Below, one piece after another: positions 13,790-28,090 of a DNA stretch of 64,000 nt. Position 1 is the stretch's first letter; every line of letters starts with the position of its first letter. This stretch comes from Bispira polyomma (Eukaryota), in the NCBI GenBank assembly GCA_965649765.1, contig OZ287753.1, forward strand, positions 49,848,001 to 49,912,000, in the 5' to 3' direction. Made by a program: the position numbers and the translations under genes. Below the pieces are notes generated by a model, which did not search any database, was not told the origin of the DNA, and worked only from the letters and a program-made list of their open reading frames with translations.

Positions 13790-15474
13790 TAATAGAAGCA
13801 TTTATAAAGTGCAAAATTGATCAAAATCCTCCAATGCGCTGAATTGCAAAAAGGGATTGTCCTTCTTCAAGCGAAGGTTGTTGCCAAATGAGTGCAATCA
13901 GGAAGTAACTAAGGTAGGGGATATACCAGTCTGAACAAGTGAGTCTTTAGCTGGCTACGAATACCTGATAGTGTCTGCTGTGATCTGACATTTTGTGGCA
14001 ACCTGTTCCATTTTCCTGGTGCAGTGACAGTAAAGCTGCGCCTTCCACTTCTCCGTTGAGTGCGAAGTGAAACAAATAGTCTATTTCAACGTGTGAGGCT
14101 GCTGGACTTCATTAAGGAAGATAGGTAGGGAGGTTGGCAATAGTTAATAGCCTTGAAAACTAGCAGGTTGTACTTGAAAAGGATGCGATGTTCAATGGGA
14201 AGCCAGTGGAGTTTTTTAAGGTAAGGGGTGACATGGCTGAATCTGTCAAGCCTGTAAACAATGCGACAGAGAGCATTTTGGACTCTCTAGAATTTGGCTA
14301 TATTAGCCTTACTGACCAAATATAGTAAAGAGTTGCAGTAGTACAAGCGACTACTGACCATAGCATTTTCCACCAGAACTGCAGTATCAGCACTAAGAAA
14401 TCTACGAATTTGTCGCAAGTCATGTAGATGATAGTAACAGGCACAGCAAACCTTGGCAATATGGTTATTAAAGGAGTTGTCTGAGTCAAAGATGACACCC
14501 AGGTTTTTTACCTCTGCTGACGGAGTGATATTGTTTTGGAGTAATGAAATAGGACATTTTGGTGTAAGTGACTCTGTGGTGGGTTTGTTACCTATAATAA
14601 TGAACTCTGTTTTGTCTGGGTTGAGTTTTAATTTTGCACAATCCATCCACTCCTGGAGTCTAGTGTTAAGTATATTTGTGTGTCATCAGCATACAGGTAA
14701 TGGGTAACATTAAACTTTGAAATGACTTGACTGAGGGGGGGTAGTGTACAGGGTAAAAAACAGAGGACCCAAGACAGATCCTTGGGGAACACCGAAGAGG
14801 AGCAGATAGACCCTAGAAAAACTGCTACCAATTTAGATTTTTTGTTTACGGTCTAGGAGGTAGGATTTGATCCACCATAATACAGTCCCATCAATTCCAA
14901 ACTAGTCGGATAAACAGTGATATAAAATGGAGTGATTGATGGTGTCAAAAGCTGCAGAGAGGTCGAGTATTGTAAGGGCCACTGCCTTACCAGAGTCCAC
15001 TGATGTAGCTATATCGTTTTGAATCTTGAGTAGAGTGGTCTCTGTGGAGTGGGAACTCCGGTATGCAGATTGGTTAACATTTGCAATACCTTCTTGGGAG
15101 ATGAATCCATTTAGCTGTTTAGCCACGACCTTCTCAATGAGTTTTGAAATAAAACTGAGATTCGACACCGGTCTGTAGTTCTTTAGAATGTTTCTGTCCT
15201 GACTGGGTTTTTTGAGTAAAGGGGTGACATGAGCAGTCTTATAGCAGTTTAGAAAACTGTCCCCCTTTAGTGAGTAATTAAAAATGTTGGTAATTGGAGT
15301 TATAAGTATGTCAATACACTCATTCACCCGAGAGGTCGGAATGGGGTCAAGGTCACATGATTTAGAGGGGGAGGATTGTAAAATTTGAGCAAGTCCTGCT
15401 CAGATACTGGTGTAAAAGTAGACAAAGTATGTTTTATTAGGTGTGGTCTAGTGATTGCCGATGATAATGAAGAC
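13790..15474 (-). mobile_element. L2/CR1-group LINE RT remnant
   Basis: NYRPVSNLSFISKLIEK, DLSAAFDTINH, GVPQGSVLGP, YADDTQIY, LKLNPDKTEF. Confidence 0.9.
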
Positions 15475-17187
15475 TGTAAGGTGACCTAATCTTGACTATT
15501 ACAACTGCCACCTCAATTGTTTGAATATACAAGGTATTTATACACAACCAAGACCGGTCCCATAAACCTGGCCAACAGTTTAATTTACAAGGCCCTATTC
15601 ACGCCAAACCTTTATTGCACTCTCTTACATCTATGAAAGAAATTTGCACCCATCATGGACTGCAAAGTCAAGAAGTTTCCACTTTTTAAAGGCTTATATG
15701 CTACTATAAATTAACAAAGTTTGAATATCCACCGTGTCTACATTCAACTAATATCTAAATATGCATGTGAAATGACCCGCCATGGAAAGGCTATATCCAT
15801 TCCTTTGTTTTACTGCTTTCAGTGCTTGCCATGGTTTCTCCACACACCACTTTTGTATATAATATATATACCTTTATATTTAGTTAGTCAATAATTTAGG
15901 GTCTTCTTAAAATGTTTACTGTAATGTAAGACTTAAACTGTGGGTTATTTTGTCTTGAAACTTGCATATTTAGTTGGTTATAATTATAAGCTAGCAAATG
16001 TATGCAGTTAAAATCATATTAAGTGTAAATGTTATATTAGTAAACAGGTGCAATGTCTTCATAAGAATATCTGGAGATTCCCTGGGAAGCACCATAATTG
16101 TGTATGTCAACAAGTGTGTTTTTTGCAGGAGAGGAGAGAGTGGCCTAGAGTGTGTTCTAGTATAACTGGTAAACAAACAGTACACCAGGAAATATATACT
16201 GGAAGCTCTTTTTGCCTCAGTAAAATATGGTAAATATTAATTATACTTAGCCCTGTACTTACAGAAGATATTGGGAGACCAGTTCACATTATGGTTTGGT
16301 GGAGCCTGCACCAGTGCACTGGCACTTTTTAGGGCCACCATTAAGTTAGGTGAATGGCATCCCAGTACAAGCTAGTTTGAAGGGTTTAGTTAATGTTTCT
16401 TTGTTTCTTGAATATTTAGGTAAATACTGTTTAGAACTGGTGAGTTATGAGAACTCTGCTAAATTATAAATACATGTAATGATGTTATAAAAGTCTTTAA
16501 ATAAAAGAAGATATATTTTAACTCTATAATTAGTCTTTTAATCTTTTAATTGAGTGTCCAGAAATACAACCAAGTGTCCATTTTATACCAAGCGTGATCG
16601 TAAGAGGCTCTTGTAATACTATGAGAACCTTAGTTGTGGTTACTATAACTTTGAACACAACAAGAGGTCAGGTCAGTTGAACATTTTAGATGCAGTTGTT
16701 GATGTTTTGAACTTGATGCTATACTGAAGGTCACCACAGACACATGTAAGACAGTATAAATTGTAAGATATAAGGAGAAATAGGGGTTGGTGGTGGGAAT
16801 TTTTTATTCATGGGCGTTTACCCTTCAAATGGAATGTACATTTAGGGAGCCAAACGCTAATTAATGAGGGGTTGATTAGTGATTGTTTAATTAGGTATGG
16901 GGGGATAGACAGAAGGGGGAACAACAGTAGTTTTACCAATATTAATATGAACATGTACCACAGTATTATAGCTTTCTACTTGTACACAAGATCAAACAGA
17001 GATCATCTTTTTCGAAAGAGAGTTTGTTACCCAAAAGGTTAAATTGGCAGATAAGGAAAACAATATATATACATATAGCTAATTACTATTGCTTTGATTG
17101 CTGATTTTTGATGACTTGAAATTGTTAGCATAAATTTTAGTCATAAACTTCAACATTTGTATATCATTTTACTACAGGCAGTTTACT

Positions 17188-17745
17188 AATAATCTAATCT
17201 AATCGTACTTTTATAGCGCTTAATCTTTGTACAACAAATTCTAAGGCGCAACTAACCTAAGCATTAATCAAAAAAATCAGAAATGGGGGACGGATGGTGG
17301 TCATAACCAGAGAGACTACCGGGATGGTTGCGATGGCTAAGGTGGAAAGGCCTGTTCGAAAAGGTAGGCCTTCAGTTTACTCCTAAAAGAGGAGAATGTT
17401 TGAGCCAAGCGCACATGATCAGGCAGGCTGTTCCATATGAAGGGGCCATCATGAGCAAGGCAATGATTGAAATGTGCTTTGGATTTGTGGATGCGAGGGT
17501 TGAAAGTGGGAATGTTAAGATATAACTTATCAGGGTAACTGCGCCTAGTCCTGACTGAGCATGTATATTTGGATAGATGGGGGCTGAAATAGGTGGGTGA
17601 TCCAGAATTTAGAAATTTGTATATAATTGTTGCAATTTTGAAAGCAACACAATATTTTATTGGGAGCCAGTGGAGTGACTTAAGTACAGGAGTAATATGA
17701 GAAAATTTAGAAGTTTTGGCAACGATGCGAGCCAGTGAGTGTTGA
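17188..17745 (-). mobile_element. L2-type LINE 3' end with short tandem-repeat tail
   Basis: LHWLPIKY, APSYGTACL-like segment, tail (TTAGA)n at 17188-17205. Confidence 0.7.
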
Positions 17746-17855
17746 ACGTTACTAGTAACAAATTAACAAATACAGATTTCTGAACTGTACTGGCATGCAG
17801 TAATGGAAATGTTCCCCAGATTGAATTGAAAGAACATTATTATTCTTTATTTTAC

Positions 17856-20613
17856 CAACAAGCTCAGGAAGTATTTGGATAAATCCTGCACCATCAGCAG
17901 TACCAAAGTCAGCTATTGTGAATGGTCCCTCAGAGCAATCTGGTTTTCTGGCTTTCTCTGTAAATAGAAGTAAACTGTTAAAACTGACATTGAAGTATTC
18001 AAAAGTCAACCTGTGTCTTAAAGCGTTAACATTGTTACTGTGGTGAATGCCGATACTGCCCTTGTTAATTCACGAGATTTGCGTCTATTTTCGAGAGCTC
18101 CCGTTTTGGTATTTCGACAGCTTATAAAGTTCGAGTTTTAGTCCCCACCATCCATACTAACAGATGTAAACAAATATTTGTAGATTTTAAAAATAGAATT
18201 AGGAGATAACGTAGTGGATTTGGTAAAATTATGATGGGGGTAGTTCTGGATGTGAGTCACGTGGGCAAGCCACCCTGGATCTCTCCCTCATGTTGGAAAC
18301 ATAGGGATTGGATGTGTTTTTGTGTTTAATCTGGATTGAAAGTAACTATAGCTCAATAAAGGTAGGGTTCATGCTTTTTGTATTCATGTTTGAGTAAGTT
18401 GTCTTAACATATTTGGTGGGGATAGGGGAGTTTTTAAGGGGGGTAATTTTAATTATATTAAGACATTAGTTAATCCGATTTTGACCAAATAGTTAGCAAG
18501 CATGGGGATGAAGTTTGACCTAGATATTGGGAGTTGGCTGTCAGTTTGATTAGGCCTACCTTGGTGATAAGTTTCTCCCTTGGTTATTTTCACATTGCTG
18601 TTATTTTATAATATCTTTCATCTCTTTCCTTTAATGATACTCAGAGTATCATTACTCCGAGTATTACTCCTGTAGTGGGTTATAGTACAGAGACATACCT
18701 AAATTTTTTGTTACCTCACCCCATCTGGTGGGGGTAGGAGAGCCATGGGGAAGTATCACTGTCATTTCATCTATTATCAGCAGTTTGAGCCAACACTCTG
18801 TTGGACTACAAGAGCCAAGGAATAGGTTTTTATAATCCCAAGGAGGCAGGTGAGATTCTTAGGGGAGCCAGCTGGGTTACCCCGTATTGGTTGCCTGTGG
18901 TGACAAATAGGCCATGTATTGTAAATGTACTCATTAAAATGTTGACATTTCAATCATCAGGTCATCATTCATATTGGTAGATGGATTGTAACTTTGACCT
19001 TGATCTTTAACTTTGTTGCACCCCTTTGTTTCCCAGTCCCGGTATTTGTTGACCGTACCCATGATGTGGTTGAAAGTTCCAGGGGTTCTGTGTATACATG
19101 GACCATCCCAGGACTTCGCCACATGGTACAGGGAAGCAAATATGGGAGGACAAATGATTGACCTCCTCATTTTAATACCAGATTGGGAAAGGTTTAAGTT
19201 AAACGGTAGGTTGGAGTTAGCATATGCAATATGGGAGTTATGGAGATTTCTGGTAGAGTATCGGGATTTTTGTTATAACTTGTGTTATAGTATAGAGACA
19301 TTTACTAGGCTAGAAATTAAGTAAACTTCATAATTGTAGTGGGTTATAGTATAGAGACATTTAATTAGGTTTGAAAGGAAGTAAACTCAATAATTGTAGT
19401 AATGGTAGAAAAATAATTCTAGGTTGGAAAGTAATATTTCTAGCAATAATTTATAATAGTGAAAATTGACTTTAGTAATGTATAAATATTATTGTTTCTT
19501 TAACTTGCAAATAATTGTTGTATGCAAATGCAAATTTTTTTTTTTAACTTCCTAATTATTGTTGATGCAAATGCATAATTATTCTTTGGCTATGAAATTA
19601 TCTCAGTATTTCAAAATATTTATGGCAATGTGTGGTCCGCGGGAAACTAATGTGTAACTCGTTAGCAGCCGCCTTGACTACTGCAACTCTCTTCGGTTTG
19701 GAGTAAACAAGTCACAGATCAAAAAGCTCTGGTCCATCCAAAACTATCTGTGCAGGGTTATTTTTTGCCTGGGTTGTCGCACAGACGTCACTCCTTACCT
19801 CAAAAAATGACTTTCCTGCCCATTCACTCTTGTATTTTGTTCAAAAATTCACGTTAACACTTTCAAGGCTGTAGTCACTCAACAGCCCTCCTACCTTGCT
19901 TTCCTTCTCTCCTTCAGTAACTGTAAGAAAGGCAACAGACTCTATTTCTTTGGTCAGACCCATAAGGAAGGCGGGATCCAGAGCATTCTCCATTGCAGCT
20001 CCTTTGTTATGGAACAAACTCCCAGTTGACCTCGGATCAGTTGATACACTCATCAGTTATAGGAAAAAGCTTAAACCTATCTTTTTAACTGTGCCTACCC
20101 ACTTTAGTTTTCCTTGTACACGCTCCTACCTCTTTCCTTAAGACTTTGCTATGCCCATGGGCTTTACGATTGGATTAATGATTCTGCTGTTGCACTTTAG
20201 AAGATGCCTACCATCAATAAAGCGAGTTAAAAATTCACAACAATAATAATTTTACAAAGTAACTATTATTAAGGACCTCAACCTATACATCGTTAAATAG
20301 CTATTGCAGATTTAAAGTATCTACGAAATTAATAATAATTTTTTAAAACATTGATTTGTAAACAAGTGTGTATTCCAAGAAAAAAGTATGAGGGTGAACT
20401 TCATAGCTATACATATTATTATCAGGCGTAAATACTTGAAAAACATGCAAGTTTATACTGATTAAACACATACAGAAATGTATTCTTACCTTTCAAGACC
20501 TGTTTGATAAATTCCAGTTCCAAATTTTTTACTTTCGTGGCGTATATATTCCTATTACTTTAACTACTCTGTCCCTCCTCCTCAAAATACATGGTGACAC
20601 TATGATTTGACAT
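17856..20613 (-). pseudogene. SABATH methyltransferase pseudogene (copy C): exon 1 20490-20613, exon 2 17856-17957; exons 3-8 not found
   Basis: MSNHSVTMYFEEEGQSS*SNRNIYATKV... with TAA at 20560-20562; exon 2 GPFTIADFGTADGAGFIQILPELV; exon lengths (124, 102) match copy A. Confidence 0.85.
19655..20270 (+). mobile_element. L2/CR1-group LINE 3' fragment
   Basis: LVSSRLDYCNS, AGSRAFSIAAPLLWNKLP. Confidence 0.85.
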
Positions 20614-21043
20614 TATTTAATGTATTTATGATGTTTCTCAGAAAAAGGTTTAAAACAAGGCACAAAATAGGCCCGTTTGTTTCAAGTCAGTTTTATTCAA
20701 ATCAGAAGCTTCAATTTAACTAGTACTGGTCCAAATGTTGTCTAAATCATAAAAAAGAAATATTTCAGACTATTAGCAAACAGCCCACATAAATCCGACA
20801 CTGCAATGTAGTATTGTGGCTGAGTTTGTTCTCCGTTTCTTTTTTACTACTATGTGTACTTATAAATGCCAGTATCCTATGTTTATGTGTATATGTGTGT
20901 AAATAATCCTTTTTACATATCTCTGTGACATTTATATAATGATATATGTAACGGTATAATGACATTTCTATAAAATATAACCAAAAATCTGTAAAACCAT
21001 ACAAAATCATTAGTACTAAATATAAAAGTTAGTTTATGTACAC

Positions 21044-21170
21044 CTCATTTCCCTTTTTCATGTGTGTGTTATTGTACGAATCAGTTAAACATTGTGTAAT
21101 AACATGTATCATTCTTTCTTTTTACAATAATGTAATAAACTGATTCGTACACATGAAAAAAGAAATGAGA
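21044..21170. mobile_element. Small palindromic MITE-like element
   Basis: CTCATTTCCCTTTTTCATGTGT...GTACGAATCAGTT is mirrored by AACTGATTCGTACACATGAAAAAAGAAATGAG. Confidence 0.55.
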
Positions 21171-21179
21171 TTATTATGA

Positions 21180-22360
21180 TTACAGTGCTGAGAGGATGTA
21201 AAGGGTGAAAAGTAGAAGCCCAAGGAAGGATCCATGGGTACTCCGTATGGTAGGTTTATGGAAGAGGATAGGTTATCATCTAATTTAATTCTTCATGCTC
21301 TAAGAGTAAGGTAGGATCTGATCCATTTAAAGACACTGCCATTTATCCCAAACCACTGTTTGAGAGTGTCGCAGAGCAAGCCATGATCAATAGTGTTGAA
21401 TGCTGCTGAAGATCCAGAAGGGTGAGGGGTACTGTTTGGAATTTTCTGTAAGCAGATTGATGACGAGTTTTAATGTCTTGTCTGTTTAGGTGGTCAGAAA
21501 TTTGTTGTGCTACAGCTTTCTCGGCAACTTTTGAGACGAAGCTGAGGTTTGACACCGGTCTGTAGTTTTTGAGCTGGTTCTTATCCAGTCCTTGTTTTTT
21601 ATCAAGTGAGTTACATTTGCAGTCTTGAAACAGGTGGGAAAAACACCATCCTGAAGGGAAAAATTTAGTTTAGTTAATTATGGGTGTGACTAGAATGTCA
21701 AGGCATTGATTTCAAATAACTGCTGAAATAGGATCTAATTCACAAGATTTATTAGGAGAGGATTTCAGAACTTCCTGCTCAAACAGTGTACTAAAATGAA
21801 ATAGGTTGGAAACCTTATACCCTGGGATGGGAGGACAGAAGTGATACATCTTTACAAAACCGTCACGAATGTTGCTGATTTTATCAATGCAAATTTTTCC
21901 AAATCTATCCGCTAAAAATGTAAAACAGTGATTTAAGAGGAGAACTTTCCTGGATGTTCTAGGCAGATTTTTGTTGATGGAGGCCCATAGCCTTTTGGGA
22001 TTTTCTTGATTGTCACTGATGATGGATACACTAGATATTAGCCTGTTGAAATTGTTTGTGGCTGTGCGGTAGCAACTTCTATCAAAAGAGGATTTTGTAC
22101 CGCGCCATTGACGCTTGAATTTGCATTTGCATCTCTTCGCCTCTGTGAACGCCGCATTGGTCTATTCTTGGGGTTTGTTGAGGGAAGGGTTTTAGATACC
22201 CAAGGAGCATGTTTATCAAGAATGGTAGAAAGGCTTTTGTTGTATTGTTGGCTGAGACTATCAGCGTTTTTGCTTGGATGTTGCATGAGATTTGATTCAA
22301 GGATGTCGTCTCTGAATTTATCAATATTGTTTTTTCTGATGTTTCTGTATTTTATCACAT
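21180..22360 (-). mobile_element. L2/CR1-group LINE remnant
   Basis: LSTILDKHAP, SCELDPI, NYRPVSNLSFVSKVAEK, HQSAYRKF. Confidence 0.85.
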
Positions 22361-23124
22361 AAGGTTTTTTTTAGGCAGGTACGAGCAAATTGTGTGTGAG
22401 AAAAAGTCACATAGCAGAAAGGGAGATGCGAAATTCGCAGAAAAATGGATGCGTGAAAAGGGGTATGTGAGCAATAATAACAGAAAAATAAAATAATTTG
22501 ATAAAGTGTGACAAAAAGATTCACCCACGGCTCGTTGTAGTTGTTATTTTCGAAGTTTGATATTTACCCACTGCTTGTTGCGGTTGTTTCTAAACTTTTT
22601 TAACCAAAAAAAACGGCCAGCAGCAGAACTGTTGGAGTTAGAAAGAGAAAATCTCAAACGATGCAAACTAGAAGTGATACAAAAGATGTTGGAGACCTTA
22701 TACAGAAATACATTAGCCATAGATGACATAAGAGACTTTTCATACAAAAACAAAGACAGCATGTTTATGCCTATCAATATCATAGCTATTTATCATAGCT
22801 CAATGAAATTTGGCATGTAATTTGGTAAGGCAATTTTTTTGGATGCAAGTCACTGTCGAGATCAATCGGATGATAATTGACTGATTGAGGGATGTTTGAA
22901 ATTTTAAGTCATCTGACAAATTTTCAGAAATTTTCCAATTTTTGGCAGCCAGTCTTTTTCAGAAACGTCCCTTATCTTGGAATGAATTGTCAGCCTATGG
23001 AAAACCAGGGTCAGGCAATCTGATGCACTTGTCTCATAAAATGTTACAGTATAACCTCTATGTATCCGAATGTTTCATTTTACAAACTAAATCTCACTCC
23101 CAAATGTATTTTTTGTAAAAGGAT

Positions 23125-23400
23125 ACTATCAAAGTGCATCCCCTTGTAAAAGACTGAGGGAACCACTACAAGAACAAATGATGGCTGACTTGGCAGCAGA
23201 TCATGTTGCACCGAGTGAACCCAATCCATTCATGAGGGCCTGGATTGTGGTCCATAGATATGGTTGCATTTTCCTATGTCTGTCAACTAGGGCTTTACAT
23301 AGTGAAGTGCCATTCACCCTTGACACAGGCAGATTCATAACTGCTTTACAACAACTCATTGCTCGCCTTGGTGAATAAAAAGAAACATGTTCTGACACAC
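23125..23400 (+). mobile_element. BEL/Pao integrase remnant
   Basis: QMMADL...RYGCIFLCLSTRALHSEV...LDTGRFITAL..LIARLG...CSD. Confidence 0.8.
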
Positions 23401-24379
23401 ACTATGCGAAGCCACATTTAGTGAAGTAATCAAGTAAGCTTAATGCTGGTTAACTATATTATGTGAAGCCACTTGCAATCATATAATCAAGGTACTCATG
23501 ACTTTTACTATAAGAAGCCACATTCAGCTATTAAGTGATTAAGTCAGCTTTGTGGTAGTATATACCACAATAAGAAGCCACATTTAATCATCTAGTAATC
23601 TAGTTACCTTTAAAGTAAGCAAATCTTTCTACTAGATCTATGTATGTGTATTGTATATATAAATAGACAGAGTTAGATAGCTAAATTACTTTATTATACT
23701 TGACATTGTGTTTTACATATACAGATATACAAAAGTGTTACAAGTCTTATTAATTGTAACACTCAGCCTTGAGGCATATAAGTCAGTTTAAATATAATAT
23801 TCCAATTCAATGTGTGTATAAAAATATGTGTAAAACTGTACTATTTTGCAAAAATTGTAAAATTCACAATTTATTGAACTTTCTCTATCTCCAGTTGTTT
23901 AAAAATTTAGATTTCCTATGTAAATATATATTTTTTTGTTTTTGGTAATGTAACCACACATGTAAATTAAGATTTGTATGTACAGAAATAGGAAAGATAA
24001 AAATTACTTCAAAAACCCATTCACAGTTTTGAGCTGCTAAAAAATAATAATAGGGTCACTAACTAGATGAATTTCCTATCATATAAAAAAGAAAACCCAT
24101 ATACCACAGTGCCAGCACCGCCACCAACATCAGTGCCACCATCAAAGTATTGTCTGAGTGAGTCAAAACGTTTCCCATCTTCCCAAAGATTTTCCGGGCT
24201 AACAAAAAGGTAATGCTTTGTAGAAAAAGTTTACCAGTGTTGCTTGCCATGTAAAAAGTAATTGATCGCCGCCACTAACACCACAAAAGAGTTGTCCCTG
24301 GACGGTTTTTACAGAGGTCTGAGAGCAAAAGTGATCTCAAATGTGAGATTTAGTCAAAATATGGCTTAGGTGAGACTAA

Positions 24380-24596
24380 GCCTAGGCTTCCTTTCAGCAC
24401 ATTCCGACATCGGCCGATTTGTGAGTGTCCAATAATTTTTTCCCTCCCTGACAGATAAAATTTGTTGGCTCAACAGACTTCAAACTGCTACAAATATGAT
24501 GAAAAGAAGCACTTGGTTATATTAAATAATGACTTATAAAATCGACCAATGTCGGCTGTCGTTTGCGAGAAAAACATGCTGAAAGGAATCATAGGC
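24380..24596. mobile_element. Tourist/Harbinger-type MITE with TAA target-site duplication
   Basis: TIRs GCCTAGGCTTCCTTTCAGCA / TGCTGAAAGGAATCATAGGC, inner inverted repeat CCGACATCGGCCGATTT / AAATCGACCAATGTCGG, flanked by TAA on both sides. Confidence 0.75.
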
Positions 24597-26349
24597 TAAG
24601 CAGAGACCAAATCTCAAGTAAGTAAATGTTCATTTTGTTAAAGGCAGAAATGTTATTCTCTGCCAGCAATGCTACAAAAGATTTGTCCTGTTGAGTAAAA
24701 AAAGTTTGCCAGCTTTGGCGCCACCAAACTTTTTTTTCCCCTGTAAAAACTTATTTGCAGTAACCAATCCCACAAGATTTCAACTGGTGAGTAAAATATT
24801 TATTCCAGCATAACTGCCACCAAGTATTTTCTGCACTGCAAAACAAATCGCCACCAAAAGCTTTGTCCTGATGAATAAAAAAAAATTGCCAGCATCAGCG
24901 ACACCACCAAAGCCACAAAAGATTTAAAATTGATGGTGGTAAGGAAAATCGTTTGTGGTGGCGGTCAAAGGTAGTGATGGTAAACAGGTATAAATAAATA
25001 TGTTTGTTGTGTTTCTGGTTTGACCTTAAAGGCGTGCTGACGCCACTTTGTGGCTCTCAAACAGATATATAATGTCTATTGACATATTTTGGCCTGTCGT
25101 GTCGATATTTGGTGAAAATGGACACTGTAAACTATGGCTATTTTGTAATAATGCAATCTTTATTTACAAGGCTAGTCCTATTATTTTATTTGTAAATTTT
25201 ATTACTAGTATGTTGATGCTAGGGTTAGTCCTATGTTAGATTGTAAAAATTCTACTTCTTTTACTTCTTTTTAAAATTTTAATTATTCACATTACCTATA
25301 TATAACCTGTATGTACAAAAATAAATAACTCAAACTTTTATTTTACTGCTTTCATACCTATAAGCTGTGAACTAACTTACCTTACCATTATCAATGGATT
25401 GAAGGCTTATTAATCACTATCAGAAATCACAGCCAATATTAAAGTTTGGTAAAACTAAATAGAATAGAATTATAAAAATAGTTACATACAGATTACTATA
25501 TATGAACATTTCATCATGTACAATTTTAAATATCTATAAAAATAATGGTACATATATAGATCAAATTAGATATACAACAATTTCTGTTTTTCTGAATCGG
25601 GTTTTTAATATAATTTAGTAAAACTAATAGAATATATTCCATTCAAATCTGTTATGTATATATTTTTGTAATATGTGTACAGCAATCCATATCATAAATC
25701 ACACCAATAGTACAAATAAACTCAAGTCTTCAGAATACTGCTTCTACAACTGTTTTTTAATTATATACATATATACACACATGCACAAAAGAACTATACA
25801 CATGATAAGAATAATGATACTGAAAAAAGATATGGCGACCATTAGCCATATACATTTTGTATGAATTCATAAAAAATCTTTGACAAATAAACCGTATTAC
25901 ACAGTAAAACTGTTAGGTAATGTAATGACTGTATAATGTGTTTCTCTAAAGCCATAGCACTTGCAAAAAAATGGTGTCAACTTAGTTCTGGAATACTTTA
26001 TTAGTTTAACTTAATGATTCATGATTTATTTGATTGAAGTTTAAATATATTTTATTGACATGTATTTGTGGTCTAGTCTGTATGTTCCTGGTGTGGCTTC
26101 ACATACCTTTTATATCTACTGAAGTTAAATGTATCATGCATGTGGTGTTTCTATATCTTATTAACGTATAGATCAATATGAATGTGCTTTAAATATATAT
26201 GTCATGTATATATGACGAGTTGGAACTTATACAAAATCTGAAACTTTACATGTTGGTTACGTTAAACATATATGTTTTGACAATTTATAAGTGGAAATTT
26301 CAACTGGGAAGTAATATTTATTCATATATATGTATATATTATTGAGATG

Positions 26350-27320
26350 TGTCGACTTACGATTTGGACAAGCATACTCAGTAGCAAAGGGCTAAGGTAG
26401 TTGATTGTAGGTGGGCTGACACCCCAACTATTTTCAGTAAGTTTGCTGAAAATGTTGTGTCTTGCACAGACTTTCGCTTTTGTCTTCTCAACATGGGTCC
26501 TGTAGAAGAGGCATCGATCTAGGGTGACAACTAGATAAACTGGGTAATTACAGTGCTCAAGTGGAGTTCCAGACCAGGTGACATTTAGCTTGCATTAATT
26601 GAAAGCACACACCTGTGTATTTAATAGGTTCACACAGAGGTGGTTCTTTTTGTAGTAGGGTGTCAGTTTGCTGAGAGTCATTCTACAACAAGTCAGTGTC
26701 TCGGGTAATTACGCCAAGGTCATCTTCATAGATAAAACGACTGATACCTTAATTTTTTGGTTGATCGTTTGTGTAGATGTTGAACTGAAGTTGTGCAGAA
26801 ACACTTCCCTGTGGTAGGCCATTCTTGAGTCTTCGCCATCTGCTCTTTGTGAGCAAGCATGCTTTCAATCAGTTCTGTTAAGCGATAAGTCCCAGGATCT
26901 TGTGGAGAAGGCATCTGTGGTTAACTGTTTCATAAGCAGCTTGGCTTGGTTGAGTACTTGGCTTTTTTTAGACTTGCCGGGACGGAAACCTGCTTGCATG
27001 TTTGACTCAGAAGTGAGATATGCATGTAGCTCTTGGGAATCAATGCATCTTTTCCAGGTTTCAAGAGTGCTATTACGTGCTCTTAGGAAGCCTGTGTGTA
27101 GTCAAGCAGTGTTTGTACTGGAGCTGCTATTTCTTCGCTACAGGTTTAAAGTTCTTAATCTGCTCTGTTTAGATGTTATCTAGTCCAATAGCTTTTTAAG
27201 GCTTTAGTGTAGACATGCCCTTGCTCCTGTTATTTGCTATTCATCCCTTTCTCACTTGCTTCAGTTGTTTTATCAGTGAAAGGATATTCTTCAAACATAG
27301 TGACAAACTCTTCATATAAT
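26350..27320 (-). mobile_element. I-group (Ingi/Vingi-like) LINE RT remnant
   Basis: QAGFRPGKS, RWRRLKNGLPQGSV, FNIYTNDQP, FIYEDDL, SKLTENSWG...TEYACP. Confidence 0.7.
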
Positions 27321-27892
27321 TCAGAGCTTTCCTTGGAGTGTACTCCATTTTACAGCACAAATATTGTAACTGAATGATATACAAACCGAAGTGGGCATGA
27401 TACAGTAGGGAAAAACACAGAGAGATATGTAAAGTTCACTTAATGGAGAATACGTCCATAATTGATTATGTGGTATTGCCCAATAGGCTAAGCATGATAA
27501 ATTTATATTTTTCACATGTTTGTATTATATGAATAATTATGATATTGTACATTGTGATAACGAAGACACGTACCTATACACTGAACCATTAATACATGAT
27601 ATAAGTTGAATATCTTCGAAATTACATGGGTTCTAAGTGAACAATTTAGGGAAGTTGGGTCAATAAATTTATATTTGCTCCTTCAAGTTACCTAAATGTA
27701 TGCATTACCTTAGAAAAACTTTAAAGCAGAATATCAGGGCTAGAATTGAGATGCCACCTTGATTGTAGAAGATTGTAAATTGTAGAATAAAATGCTATGT
27801 TAAACTAAAACACAAACATGTAATCTAACCTTTTTGTACAAACATATTATCGGTCACTTACTGGTATAGTACTGGTGTCACTACCACATAAG

Positions 27893-28090
27893 CTATCCTG
27901 GATAGAAGAGACATTTGTTAACACAAATTATTATATATCTTGCTTGGTTTACAGTTTTATTTATGTGAGTGGGAGAAGTAGTTATTGTGTACTATCTTGG
28001 ATAGAAGAGACATTTGTTAACACAAATTATTATATATCTTGCTTGGTTTACAATTTTATTTATGTGAGTGGGAGAAGTAGTTATAGTGTA
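27893..28090. repeat. 99-bp tandem duplication
   Basis: Two near-identical units starting at 27893 and 27992. Confidence 0.95.

Noticed and set aside
15475-16263. Solo LTR (TGTAAG...CTTACA)
   Set aside because: Flanks AAGAC and GAAGA do not form a clean TSD and there is no second copy
18033-18905. Solo LTR (TGTTAC...GTGACA)
   Set aside because: No matching TSD or internal domains; unverifiable here
22557-22820. Short coiled-coil-like ORF as a gene
   Set aside because: No ATG, splice partner or recognisable domain; lies in repeat-like sequence
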